A stretch of DNA of 55,161 nucleotides, from contig JAKSOG010000001.1 in the NCBI GenBank assembly GCA_024405715.1, forward strand, positions 1 through 55,161. The letters are read 5' to 3'. This document shows positions 33,986 to 42,705 of this stretch, piece after piece (the stretch's first letter is position 1; each line of letters opens with the position of its first letter). The DNA is from Victivallaceae bacterium. GTDB taxonomy: Bacteria; Verrucomicrobiota; Lentisphaeria; Victivallales; Victivallaceae. The notes beneath the pieces are model-generated. The model saw only the letters and a program-made list of their open reading frames with translations. It made no database searches and had not been told where the DNA came from. Both the position numbers and the translations under genes were made by a program.

Positions 33986-35025
33986 CTTTCAAAATAATGC
34001 GGTTTTCCCGTCTTGACGGAATCGTAAATGCCGCAGATGAAATCGACGCACCGGCGCCCTTCCATTGCGTTCAGCAACGGGGGACGCCCCTGCGCGATCG
34101 CATCGGCGAGATCTCCGATCTGGACGGAATGTCCGTCACTCCGGATGTTGCGGGGATCACTGCCCCCTGCGGCGGAGACGGCTCCGGCGGCATCGCCGCG
34201 GATTTGTCCGTCTTCCGGCTTTTCCCGGTCGAAGACCCAGCGGACGATCTTATCTTCCTCGATGACCGCCGAGCCGCAGTCTCCGACGAATTCGATGCGA
34301 CGCGGGAAGCCGGGACGGCACGAAGTACTCACTTCGATGGTACCGAAGGAACCGTTGGCAAATTCAACGACAGCGGCGAGGTTGTCTTCGACTTCGATCG
34401 CATGGGTCTTGGTCGCGGCGACCGCCCGGACGCATTTTGCGGCGCCGTTGATGTAAAGCATCTGGTCGATGTGGTGGATCGCCTGATTCATCAGGACACC
34501 GCCGCCGTCGATCGCCCATGTGCCCCGCCAGTTCGACGAGGCATAATAGGCGTCGTCGCGGAACCAGTGCATCTGTACACTGCAGAAAAGCATTTTCCCG
34601 AAACGACCGGAATCCATCGCTTCTTTGACCAGCCGGATCGCCGGCGTGAAACGGGTCTGGAAAACCGGCACGAGAAAAACGTCGTTTTCTTTGCAACACC
34701 GGATCAGTTCGTCGCATTTTTCAACAGTGATTTCCAGCGGTTTTTCGCAAAGGATGTGTTTGTGCGCCCTCGCCGCAGGCAACACCGCCAGATGATGCAA
34801 TCCCGACGGAGTGGCGACCGTAACCGCCTCAACCTCCGGATCGGAAAGAAGTTCCTCCAACGTCGCATAGTCGCGGCAATGGAATTGTCCGGCCCGCTTT
34901 TTCGCCGCGTCCCGGCGTTCGTCGAAAAAGCCGCACAGTTTCGCGTTGGCGAGAGAAGCGATGGACTTCGCGTGGAATTCCGCAATCATACCCGCCCCGA
35001 TGATCCCGAATCCGATTTTTCTCAT
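33982..35025 (-). CDS. Gfo/Idh/MocA-family oxidoreductase
   Basis: The start was moved to MRKIGFGIIGAGMIAEFHAKS. The EKPL motif (LCEKPLEIT) is present. Confidence 0.8.
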   Translation of the reverse strand: MRKIGFGIIGAGMIAEFHAKSIASLANAKLCGFFDERRDAAKKRAGQFHCRDYATLEELLSDPEVEAVTVATPSGLHHLAVLPAARAHKHILCEKPLEITVEKCDELIRCCKENDVFLVPVFQTRFTPAIRLVKEAMDSGRFGKMLFCSVQMHWFRDDAYYASSNWRGTWAIDGGGVLMNQAIHHIDQMLYINGAAKCVRAVAATKTHAIEVEDNLAAVVEFANGSFGTIEVSTSCRPGFPRRIEFVGDCGSAVIEEDKIVRWVFDREKPEDGQIRGDAAGAVSAAGGSDPRNIRSDGHSVQIGDLADAIAQGRPPLLNAMEGRRCVDFICGIYDSVKTGKPHYFER

Positions 35026-35038
35026 TTTTCCCTTCCTT

Positions 35039-36199
35039 TCAGAACACCGGCGTGATGCGCGCCTGCGAAATCGACAGCGTCCTGCCAAGTTCAAGCGATT
35101 CGATCGCGCGATTGGCGAGATACGTTGCGCGGAATCCGTCTAATTCCGTACACGGAGTCGGCCCGTCATGAAGGATCGCCTGCACGAAACCGTCCAGCAT
35201 CGCCCGGTGCCCTTTGTCGGGGAACAAGGGGGCGCTGTTCTCTATTTTTTTCAGATTGTCGCACCCCTTCACCCGCGCCCGGTAAGCGGCGAGATAATCG
35301 TCCAGCCCTTTTACGGCAGGACCATATTGGAGCGGAAAATATTCGGACGCACAGTCCGGGATCCCGTAGTAATCGTTTTCGACGAAAAAAAGCGAGCGAA
35401 AAAGCGCCGCATTATGCGTCACTTCGTACTGTTCCTTGGGATAATCAAACGTGCCGCCGCAACTGAAATCGAGCGTCATCGACGCTCCGGTATCGAATTT
35501 CAGATGGATCCCGTGCGAAAACCTGCTGGATCCCCACGCTGTAATCTCGACCGGAACGGCGGGAGAAAAAAACCAGCAGGCGAGATCAAGCCAATGCACA
35601 CTCTCCCCGATGATGAGCCCGCCTCCTTTAAGCGGATTCATATGAATCGTCGAATACGAGGAACTTTCATCCTGGATGCGGACGATCAGATGGGGATCGT
35701 TTTCCTCGGGCAACACGTCGCGCCATCCCTTTTCGATGTAACGCCACGGATTATGCCGCGGATGCGCGGACTGGTCGAGATAATGACTGCGCAACGCTTG
35801 CATCGCCGGCGCCATCCGGCGATTGAGATCGACGCAAAATTTGATACCGCTACGGCGGACGATTTCGATGATCCGGTATCCTTCCGCATCGTCGAGCGCC
35901 ATCGGCTTTTCGCAGAAAACGTGCTTCCCCGCTGCCGCCGCCGCGCGCACAATCGGCAAATGTGCATCGTGACTGGTCGCCACTTTGATGAAATCGACTT
36001 CGGGATCGGCGACGATCTCCTCGATCCGGTCCGTAGCACGCCCGACCCCGAAATGGCGCGCCGCACGTTGCGCGCCTTCGCGGTCGATGTCGCACAGCCA
36101 TTTGAGCGAAACGTCCGGATGATCGAGCAAATTGGGAATATCCTGCGCCCAGGCGAACTTGCCGCATCCGATTTGAGCGGCGGTCAATTTGGCACTCAT
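35039..36199 (-). CDS. Gfo/Idh/MocA-family oxidoreductase
   Basis: 386 aa with AAQIGCGKFAWAQDIPNL and FCEKPMAL motifs. It is the first gene of the minus-strand operon divergent from the AraC regulator. Confidence 0.75.
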   Translation of the reverse strand: MSAKLTAAQIGCGKFAWAQDIPNLLDHPDVSLKWLCDIDREGAQRAARHFGVGRATDRIEEIVADPEVDFIKVATSHDAHLPIVRAAAAAGKHVFCEKPMALDDAEGYRIIEIVRRSGIKFCVDLNRRMAPAMQALRSHYLDQSAHPRHNPWRYIEKGWRDVLPEENDPHLIVRIQDESSSYSTIHMNPLKGGGLIIGESVHWLDLACWFFSPAVPVEITAWGSSRFSHGIHLKFDTGASMTLDFSCGGTFDYPKEQYEVTHNAALFRSLFFVENDYYGIPDCASEYFPLQYGPAVKGLDDYLAAYRARVKGCDNLKKIENSAPLFPDKGHRAMLDGFVQAILHDGPTPCTELDGFRATYLANRAIESLELGRTLSISQARITPVF

Positions 36200-36219
36200 A
36201 AAAATGCTCCTTTTTTTCG

Positions 36220-36248
36220 TTGCTTCCCTCTTGCATTTCTAATATATC
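36220..36248 (+). promoter_or_regulatory. Sigma70-type promoter for the AraC-family regulator (TTGCTT-17-TATATC)
   Basis: Hexamers at 36220-36225 and 36243-36248 with a 17-nt spacer. Its -10 overlaps a reverse-strand TATATT (36241-36246). Confidence 0.45.
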
Positions 36249-36262
36249 ACGATATCTTAATA

Positions 36263-36282
36263 AAAAAATGCGAAAAAATGCC
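36263..36282. promoter_or_regulatory. Tandem 10-bp direct repeat (aaaaaatgcg aaaaaatgcc); candidate AraC-type activator site
   Basis: The two adjacent copies are 9/10 identical. They lie at about -20 to -40 relative to the reverse-strand -10 at 36241-36246, where no good -35 exists. Confidence 0.3.
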
Positions 36283-36342
36283 TTTTTTATCCGTATTTGC
36301 ACCGCTTCCGCTTTTTGAAAACATTTCCGGGAACGAGGAAAA

Positions 36343-37131
36343 ATGATCGAATTGTGTTATTGGGGATACGCATCCGGCGGCGAAGGACATCGTGTCGCAT
36401 CTCACGCGCACGACTATCTCCAATCTGAATTCGTCGTTTCCGGAAAATGCGATGTCACGGCGGACGGAAAGATTTTCCCGTTGAAAACCGGAGACATACT
36501 CTTTCTCGCCCCCGGAGTCGTACACTCATTGCATTACCGGTCCGATTTTCTCGCCTACACGTTCAAATTCCGAAGCGATCTCATCGGTTTTGAGAAAATC
36601 CTGCACCTTTCCGGCGGCGGATTCGCCACCGGCGCGCAAAAAGCGGTCGAAGCGGTTTTTCAGACGACGTTTCCCTCACGCTTTTTCGGCGTTTCGGAAG
36701 GAGCGGTCATCCTGCGCGAGGACCGTTATCAGTATTTGATGGAAGGACTCCTTGAAGGCATCCTGCGGCATCTTTCGGCGGAAAAAGACAAACTCACGGG
36801 ACCGCTGGCGCATTTCAGGGAAATTCTTTCCGGACCCGGCGGACATTCTTTTTCCGTGGCGGAAGCCGCAGAAAAATGCGGCTGCTCCCGCAATCGCTTT
36901 TCGTTGCTGGTCAAACGCTGGAGCGGGCAGACCGCAAAAGATTTTCTGACCCGCCTCCGTGTCGAAGATGCCATACGTTTTTTGCGTTTTTCTGATCTGA
37001 ACGTCGGAGAAATTTCCCGCCGTTTAGGATTTTCGAGCCCGTTTCATTTTTCCGATTTTTTCAAAAGGGAAACGGGACTTTCGCCGCTTCACTACCGTCG
37101 GAAGTACTTCTCTCCTGAAAAGGAAAGGTGA
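36343..37131 (+). CDS. AraC-family transcriptional regulator (cupin sensor plus 2x HTH)
   Basis: 262 aa. The N-terminal cupin-like domain reads HAHDYLQSEFVVSG...GDILFLAPGVVHS. The C-terminal segment SVAEAAEKCGCSRNRFSLLVKRW...FSSPFHFSDFFKRETGLSPLHYR is the AraC HTH signature. Confidence 0.85.
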   Translation: MIELCYWGYASGGEGHRVASHAHDYLQSEFVVSGKCDVTADGKIFPLKTGDILFLAPGVVHSLHYRSDFLAYTFKFRSDLIGFEKILHLSGGGFATGAQKAVEAVFQTTFPSRFFGVSEGAVILREDRYQYLMEGLLEGILRHLSAEKDKLTGPLAHFREILSGPGGHSFSVAEAAEKCGCSRNRFSLLVKRWSGQTAKDFLTRLRVEDAIRFLRFSDLNVGEISRRLGFSSPFHFSDFFKRETGLSPLHYRRKYFSPEKER

Positions 37132-37172
37132 CCTTTTCGCGCCCGCCGCGGTGCGCTTTTCCGCAAAAAGAG

Positions 37173-37201
37173 TTGCGTTTTGCCCCTTTCCGATGTATAT
37201 T
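37173..37201 (+). promoter_or_regulatory. Sigma70-type promoter (TTGCGT-17-TATATT) for the oxidoreductase-ispE-gmhB operon
   Basis: Hexamers at 37173-37178 and 37196-37201 with a 17-nt spacer. The ATG is at 37248. Confidence 0.55.
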
Positions 37202-37247
37202 ATGTCCAAATAGATATAAAAAGAGCATTTTCGGAAAGGATTCGGCT

Positions 37248-38246
37248 ATGGATACGGCGGAAAAAATCAAAATCGGCGTCATCGGCGTCGGCGCTCTGGG
37301 ACATCACCACGCACGGCTCTACGCCGCCAACCCCGGCGCGGAAGTCGTCGGGGTTTTCGACGTGCAGAGCGCGACCGCGGAAGCCGTCGGCAGGGAATAC
37401 GGTCTGCCGGTCTATGCCGACTGGCGGCAACTCGCGGAAAAATGCGACGCATTGAGCGTCGCCGTGCCCGCCAATTACCATATGCAGGCGACCTTGCCTC
37501 TCCTCGAAATGGGGAAACACGTCCTCGTCGAAAAACCCATCGCCTCGACGATCGAAGAAGCGCAAAAAATGGTCGAAACGGCAAAAAAATACAACGTCAT
37601 CCTCGGCGTCGGCCACGTCGAACGCTTCAATCCGGCAATGGATTTCATACGCAAGTACAATGAACCGCCCCGCTTCATCGAAGCCCACCGCCTGGCAACC
37701 TATCCCCCGGCACGTCCGGGATTGCCTCGGCGCGGTACCGAAGTGAGCGTAATCGTCGATCTGATGATCCACGACATCGACCTGATGCTGACGATGGTCG
37801 ATTCGGAAGTCGAACACCTCGACGTCGTCGGCATCCCCGTTTTGAGCAAGACCGAAGACATCGTCAACGCGCGCATCAAATTCAAAAACGGCACGGTCGC
37901 CCAACTGACCGCGAGCCGCGTCAGCCAGGAACCGTTGCGCCGCTTCCGGGTCTTTCAGGAAGACTGCTACATCTCGATGGATTACAGCAAGCGTTTCGCG
38001 ATGGTCATCAAACGCAACAAACTCGGCGTCGCCCGCAAAGACGTGGTGCTCGACGAAAAAAACGCGCTCGAAGAGGAACTCGACGATTTCCTCGCCGCCG
38101 TGCGGCGTTCCCGTGAAACCGGCGTACTGGCTTCCCCGCGCGTGCCCGGTGAACAGGGGTTGAAGGCGCTGGAACTTGCGATCGCCATCGAAACCGAAGC
38201 GCGCCGTTACAACGCTTCCTACGGTTATTATCAAAAGGAAATGTGA
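37248..38246 (+). CDS. Gfo/Idh/MocA-family oxidoreductase (WbpB/GnnA-like sugar-nucleotide dehydrogenase candidate)
   Basis: The start was moved to MDTAEKIKIGVIGVGALGHHHARLY. VEKPIAST and GHVERFNPA blocks are present. The specific substrate is not inferable from the sequence. Confidence 0.7.
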   Translation: MDTAEKIKIGVIGVGALGHHHARLYAANPGAEVVGVFDVQSATAEAVGREYGLPVYADWRQLAEKCDALSVAVPANYHMQATLPLLEMGKHVLVEKPIASTIEEAQKMVETAKKYNVILGVGHVERFNPAMDFIRKYNEPPRFIEAHRLATYPPARPGLPRRGTEVSVIVDLMIHDIDLMLTMVDSEVEHLDVVGIPVLSKTEDIVNARIKFKNGTVAQLTASRVSQEPLRRFRVFQEDCYISMDYSKRFAMVIKRNKLGVARKDVVLDEKNALEEELDDFLAAVRRSRETGVLASPRVPGEQGLKALELAIAIETEARRYNASYGYYQKEM

Positions 38247-38255
38247 GTTTTCACG

Positions 38256-39118
38256 ATGGCGCCGCAACGTTTTTTTGCCGGCGGGAAAATCAATCTTTTC
38301 CTGAAAACCGAACGGTTGCGCGCCGACGGGTTTCACGACATTTCGACGCTTTTTCTGCCCTTTTCCCGTCCGGCGGACATCCTGACGGTCGAATGGGAAG
38401 CGCCCCTCGGCATACACGTCACGGCGTCTTCCCCCGACGTCCCCGAAGGGAAAGACAATCTCGTTTATCGCGCCGCGATGCGTTACGCCGAAGCGGCGGG
38501 CATCGCTCCGAATTGGTCGATCCATATTGAAAAACATCTTCCGGTCGCGGCGGGCGTCGGCGGCGGCAGCGCCGATGCCGGATGCATCCTCGCCGCGCTG
38601 GAAAAACGCTATACCCGGCTCGGCGGGGACGCGCTTTTTAAAATCGCCGCTTCGGTTTGGATGTTCCCTTTTTCCTCGCCGGAGAGCCCCGGGCGGCGTC
38701 GGGACGCGGCGAGATCCTCCGCCCCGTGGAAAAATTCCCCTTCCCGCCGATCGTACTCGTTTTTCCGGGATTTCCGGTAACCGCGAAATGGGCTTACGCG
38801 CAGATCACCCCCGAACTCCGCCGCGGCGCCGCAGCCGATGCGGCGGACAAACTCGCCGGTGCGCTCGCCGCGCGGGATTACGCGCGCGCCGCCGCGATGT
38901 TGCACAACGATCTGGAATATGCCCTTTTCGATAAATTTCCGCTTCTGGAAATCCTGCGTTCCGGACTGCTTGCTTCCGGCGCGCTGCGCGTTGTCGTTTC
39001 CGGCAGCGGCAGTTCTCTTTTCGCATTGATGCCAAATCACGAGACCGCGGAACGCGCCGCCGCCGGATTCGACGGAAAAGACGGCTGCCGCGCCTGGCAC
39101 CTCGGAGGCGGAAAATGA
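38256..39118 (+). CDS. ispE: 4-diphosphocytidyl-2-C-methyl-D-erythritol kinase, interrupted by an apparent 1-nt deletion near 38649-38651
   Basis: Frame A (38256-) reads KINLFLKT...DGFHDI...HIEKHLPVAAGVGGGSADAG...LFKIAA. Homology continues in frame B (ORF 38657-39118: FGLDVPFFLAGEPRAASGRGEIL...VVVSGSGSSLFAL). Adding one base restores a 287-aa IspE. Confidence 0.8.
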
Positions 39119-39678
39119 AACGGGCGCTGTTTCTCGATCGCGACGGCGTCATCATCCGTCAAAAACCTTACCTGCATTCGCCCGATCAGGTCGAACTGGA
39201 AAACGGCGTCGCCGCAGGGCTCCGGGAATTCCGCGCGGCGGGGTTTCTCATCGTCGCGGTCACCAACCAATCGGGCGTCGCCCGCGGTCTTTTTACGCTC
39301 GCCGACGTCGAAAAAGTCCACCGCCGGATCGAAGAACTTCTGGCGGCGGAAGACGCTTCGATCGATGCGTTTTACATTTGCCCCCATCATCCCGATTTCG
39401 GGTCGCCGTGCGACTGCCGCAAACCGGCTCCGGGGCTTTTACTGCAAGCGGCGCGCGAACTCGACATTGATCTTGAAGCGTCCGTGATGTGCGGCGACAA
39501 ACTCGGCGATCTTGAAGCGGGAAAAAACGCCGGCTGTCCCGCCTGTATACTGCTGCGAACCGGATACGGACGCGACGAAGAAGCAAACGTGCGCGTGGCG
39601 GGATTTTCCGCCGTCTGCGACGATTTCCCCGCACTGACGCATTTTTTGCTCGGCGGTCATCCGTCGCGCGGAAGATGA
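39115..39678 (+). CDS. gmhB: D-glycero-beta-D-manno-heptose-1,7-bisphosphate 7-phosphatase (HAD-IIIA)
   Basis: 187 aa with LFLDRDGVII, VTNQSGVARG and the Zn-binding CPHHP...CDCRKP motif. It overlaps the ispE stop (ATGA). Confidence 0.88.
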   Translation: MKRALFLDRDGVIIRQKPYLHSPDQVELENGVAAGLREFRAAGFLIVAVTNQSGVARGLFTLADVEKVHRRIEELLAAEDASIDAFYICPHHPDFGSPCDCRKPAPGLLLQAARELDIDLEASVMCGDKLGDLEAGKNAGCPACILLRTGYGRDEEANVRVAGFSAVCDDFPALTHFLLGGHPSRGR

Positions 39679-39698
39679 TTTTCTTCACGTTCCGCACC

Positions 39699-39727
39699 TT
39701 GTAAAAAAAAGGCCGTTCCGCTATATT
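39699..39727 (+). promoter_or_regulatory. Sigma70-type promoter for greA (TTGTAA-17-TATATT)
   Basis: Hexamers at 39699-39704 and 39722-39727 with a 17-nt spacer. The SD aaggag precedes the ATG at 39770. Confidence 0.6.
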
Positions 39728-39769
39728 ATACGACAAGGATTGTTTTCTTTACACAAGGAGTTGAACAAA

Positions 39770-41857
39770 ATGGCTGATCTCGACGATCTGGTAATGGCGG
39801 CGGGCGAAACGCCGGACAAGACGAATCTCGTCGCGCTGACTCAGGCGCTGAAGGAAAATCCCTTTTCGGAGGCGACGGCGGAAAAACTTTCAGTCCTCTG
39901 GGAAGCGTGGGAAAACACCGCCCTTTCCAAGGATATGGGCGATTTCATCCGCTTCGCGGCGGAACGTTTCGCGACCGATCCCGGTGCGCTTTTCCGCAAA
40001 AAATTCTGCGACACCGCGCGGATGATCCTGCCGCGCGACCTCGCCCATAATCCGATCATGCGGTCGCTGGGCATCCGCAACGAACATATGCCGGTCGCGG
40101 AAATCGCCGCGCGGCTGACGCGGCTCCTCGTGTTGCAGGTCGGCGGCGTCATCTTTCTGCCGTCGACGGCGCGTTGGGGCGCCGTCACCGCGATCGACGC
40201 CGTCAACGGCGCGGTCGGCATCGGGCCTTTCCGCGGGAACGGCGGCGCGCTTTCCACGCCGCTGGACATCGTGCTGGGCGAAGCGGTCATTTTCAGCGCC
40301 GACGAAGACCTCAAAAACCTGATGGAATCTTCCACCGCTCCGGTGGCTTCGACGCGCTTCCGCGACATCGTCGGGCGCCGCGCCAAACTGCCGGTTTCCG
40401 ACAAGGAAATGCGGTCGATGGCGCTCGCCGGATCCGCGAAGAAAATGACGGAAGATGCTTTCAACGCCTGGTGGAATTCGACCGCCGCCGCGCAGGCGGC
40501 GGCGCAACGCCGCGGTTGCGAAGGACGCAATCTTCAGGAAATGGCCCTGCTCCTCGCCGACGAAGAGAAAAAACCCTTTGCGGAAGACGAATACCGCGCG
40601 TTCGCCGCGTTTTTCACCCGGCTCAAACCGGAAATCGCCCGGCGCGAAGTGAAAACGCTCGCGTCGATCATCGCGGAAATGATCGGCCGTTCCGAAACCG
40701 CCGCGTTCAAGGAAACGCTGGCGCCGCTCACCGGCAAAGCGGTCTTCTGGCCCGCGACGCCCGATGCCGTGCAACTGGACGATCTGGTCATCTGGGGCGA
40801 ACTGCCCGCCAAAACGCTGACCAACCTCGGCAAAGCGACGGCGGCGACATTCGGGCGCGAATATCTCACCGCGCTGATGACGCATCTGCCGCTCAAAGCG
40901 CTCAACGCGTTCGGCGAATTGATCGATCCCGCCGCGCTGGCGGACGCCGTTGCCGCGCAACACTTCTGCAGCGCCGACGTCCTCTGCTGGATCTGGAAAA
41001 ACCGCAAAAAAGCGACTCCGCAACTTCTGGAAATGCTCAACATCGAAACCGTCGTGCGGGTACTCGGCGCCGGAAATCTGCCCAAGGAATGGGGCGCCGC
41101 GATGCGCGAATTGCGCCAATATCTGATGGACAACGCCGATTTCCAGAAATCGCTGATCGGCAGAGCGGCGGGCGACGCCAAAATGTTCACGGCGACGCTC
41201 TGCGGCGCGCTCTTCCTTTCCGCAGGCGAACGCCAGAGTCTGCTGGTCAAACTTTCACGCGTTTCCTCGCTTTTGCAGGACGCGCTCGAAGGCGGCGACG
41301 CCAACCGGATCCTTTCCGCCGGCATCGGCGGCAAGAAAAACGCCGAGATCAAAGCTCCGGCGGTCGACGAACCCTTTTTCACCAGCGTCAAGTCGCATCA
41401 CCGGCTCATCCGGGAATTCGAGGACCTCATCAACGTGCAGATCCCCGAAAACCGCGAAGCGCTCAAGACCGCCCGCGCGCACGGCGATTTCCGCGAAAAC
41501 GCCGAATTCGACGCCGCCAAGGAACGGCGCAATCAGCTTTCCCGCCGCCGCTCCGAACTGGAACGCGATCTCGCCCAGATCCAGCCGATCATCATGAGCG
41601 GCATCACGGTCGGCGATCAGGCGGTCATCGGTTCGGAAATCGACCTGGTTTACTCCGACGGCGAAAAGGAAAACTGTTATCTGCTCGGCGCCTGGGACGG
41701 CGATCCCGAACGGCGGATGCTCAGTTACCGCACCCGCCTCGGCGGCGCGCTCCTCAACCGGCGCGTCGGCGAAACCGTCGATCTCGGCAACCGCAAATGC
41801 ACCCTCGCGGCGGTGCGCGCGCTCCCGAAAGAACTGGCGGCGGAGCTGGACGATTGA
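39770..41857 (+). CDS. greA: N-terminally extended GreA-family transcript-cleavage factor (695 aa)
   Basis: The C-terminal ~155 aa (TSVKSHHRLIREFEDLI...IPENREALKTARAHGDFRENAEFDAAKERRNQL...LSYRTRLGGALLNRRVGETV) form a complete GreA coiled-coil plus globular domain. The preceding ~540 aa are helical with no motif I recognise. Confidence 0.8.
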   Translation: MADLDDLVMAAGETPDKTNLVALTQALKENPFSEATAEKLSVLWEAWENTALSKDMGDFIRFAAERFATDPGALFRKKFCDTARMILPRDLAHNPIMRSLGIRNEHMPVAEIAARLTRLLVLQVGGVIFLPSTARWGAVTAIDAVNGAVGIGPFRGNGGALSTPLDIVLGEAVIFSADEDLKNLMESSTAPVASTRFRDIVGRRAKLPVSDKEMRSMALAGSAKKMTEDAFNAWWNSTAAAQAAAQRRGCEGRNLQEMALLLADEEKKPFAEDEYRAFAAFFTRLKPEIARREVKTLASIIAEMIGRSETAAFKETLAPLTGKAVFWPATPDAVQLDDLVIWGELPAKTLTNLGKATAATFGREYLTALMTHLPLKALNAFGELIDPAALADAVAAQHFCSADVLCWIWKNRKKATPQLLEMLNIETVVRVLGAGNLPKEWGAAMRELRQYLMDNADFQKSLIGRAAGDAKMFTATLCGALFLSAGERQSLLVKLSRVSSLLQDALEGGDANRILSAGIGGKKNAEIKAPAVDEPFFTSVKSHHRLIREFEDLINVQIPENREALKTARAHGDFRENAEFDAAKERRNQLSRRRSELERDLAQIQPIIMSGITVGDQAVIGSEIDLVYSDGEKENCYLLGAWDGDPERRMLSYRTRLGGALLNRRVGETVDLGNRKCTLAAVRALPKELAAELDD

Positions 41858-41861
41858 TCTT

Positions 41862-41893
41862 CCGCCGGAAAATCCCCCCTTATTTTCCGGCGG
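41862..41893 (+). terminator. 12-bp perfect hairpin after greA (ccgccggaaaat-cccccctt-attttccggcgg); possible terminator without a U-tract
   Basis: The inverted repeat begins 5 nt after the greA stop. No T-run follows it. Confidence 0.35.
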
Positions 41894-42015
41894 ACATCCT
41901 CCATCGGGAAAGGGCGGAGCGTTATCGACGCGTGCGGAACGCGCCGACCGTCGACCGCGACGGCGTCGGCGACTGCCGGGTCGTCCGCAAAAAAATCGCT
42001 TCCCGCGGCGGCGGA

Positions 42016-42702
42016 ATGAAAAGACAACTGCTTTTTCTCGCGGATCTGCAGTACAACGGCGATGCAAAAGGCCGTCGGCGCGTCGCGGCGCTCCGCGATT
42101 TCCTCCGCCGCGAAAAAATTTCGGGGATCGTCATCAGCGGCGATGCCGTCGGAGACGCCGTCCGGCTGCCGGAATTTTCCCCGTTTCTGGCGGAATGGTC
42201 GCGCGAAGTCGATTTCGCCGTCGCTTCGCCGGGGAACTGGGAACAGGGCAAAAGTTGGCTTTCCGTCGATTTTTGGAAACGCCTTTACGCCGAAGGGGGC
42301 TTCGACTATCTCGTCAACGAAGGGAAATCGTACGACGGCATTTTTATCGCCGGAGTCGCCAGCGCCAACCGGGGGATCCCCCGGAGCGTCGCCGTCCCGC
42401 CCGAAGCGGAAACGGCGATTTTGCTCGCGCACAGCGCCGACGACGTGATCTATCTCGACGAAAACGACGCGCTCGCGGATTACCGGACGGCGCTTTGCGG
42501 CCATTTCCACGGCGGGCAAATGCGATTGCCGTTTTTCGGAGCGTTGTACATACCGAGTTTTTACGGACGCCGTTTCGATCAGGGCGTTTTCCGCCGCGAC
42601 GGCGCGGCACCGGAAATTTTCGTCACGCGCGGCGCGGGCGAACTGTCCTGTCCGCGGCGGTTTTTCTGCCGCCGCGAGATCGCCGTTCTTGAAATCGGGT
42701 GA
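42016..42702 (+). CDS. Calcineurin-like metallophosphoesterase (YaeI-like)
   Basis: This is the last 228 codons of an otherwise spurious 842-aa track ORF. LFLADLQYNG, VISGDAV, GNWE and CGHFHGGQ are the phosphoesterase metal-binding motifs. Confidence 0.75.
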   Translation: MKRQLLFLADLQYNGDAKGRRRVAALRDFLRREKISGIVISGDAVGDAVRLPEFSPFLAEWSREVDFAVASPGNWEQGKSWLSVDFWKRLYAEGGFDYLVNEGKSYDGIFIAGVASANRGIPRSVAVPPEAETAILLAHSADDVIYLDENDALADYRTALCGHFHGGQMRLPFFGALYIPSFYGRRFDQGVFRRDGAAPEIFVTRGAGELSCPRRFFCRREIAVLEIG

Positions 42703-42705
42703 ATC

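Noticed and set aside
40174-42015. First ~614 codons of the 842-aa ORF 40174-42702
   Set aside because: This part overlaps greA out of frame and is Arg-rich. The metallophosphoesterase motifs begin only after the ATG at 42016.
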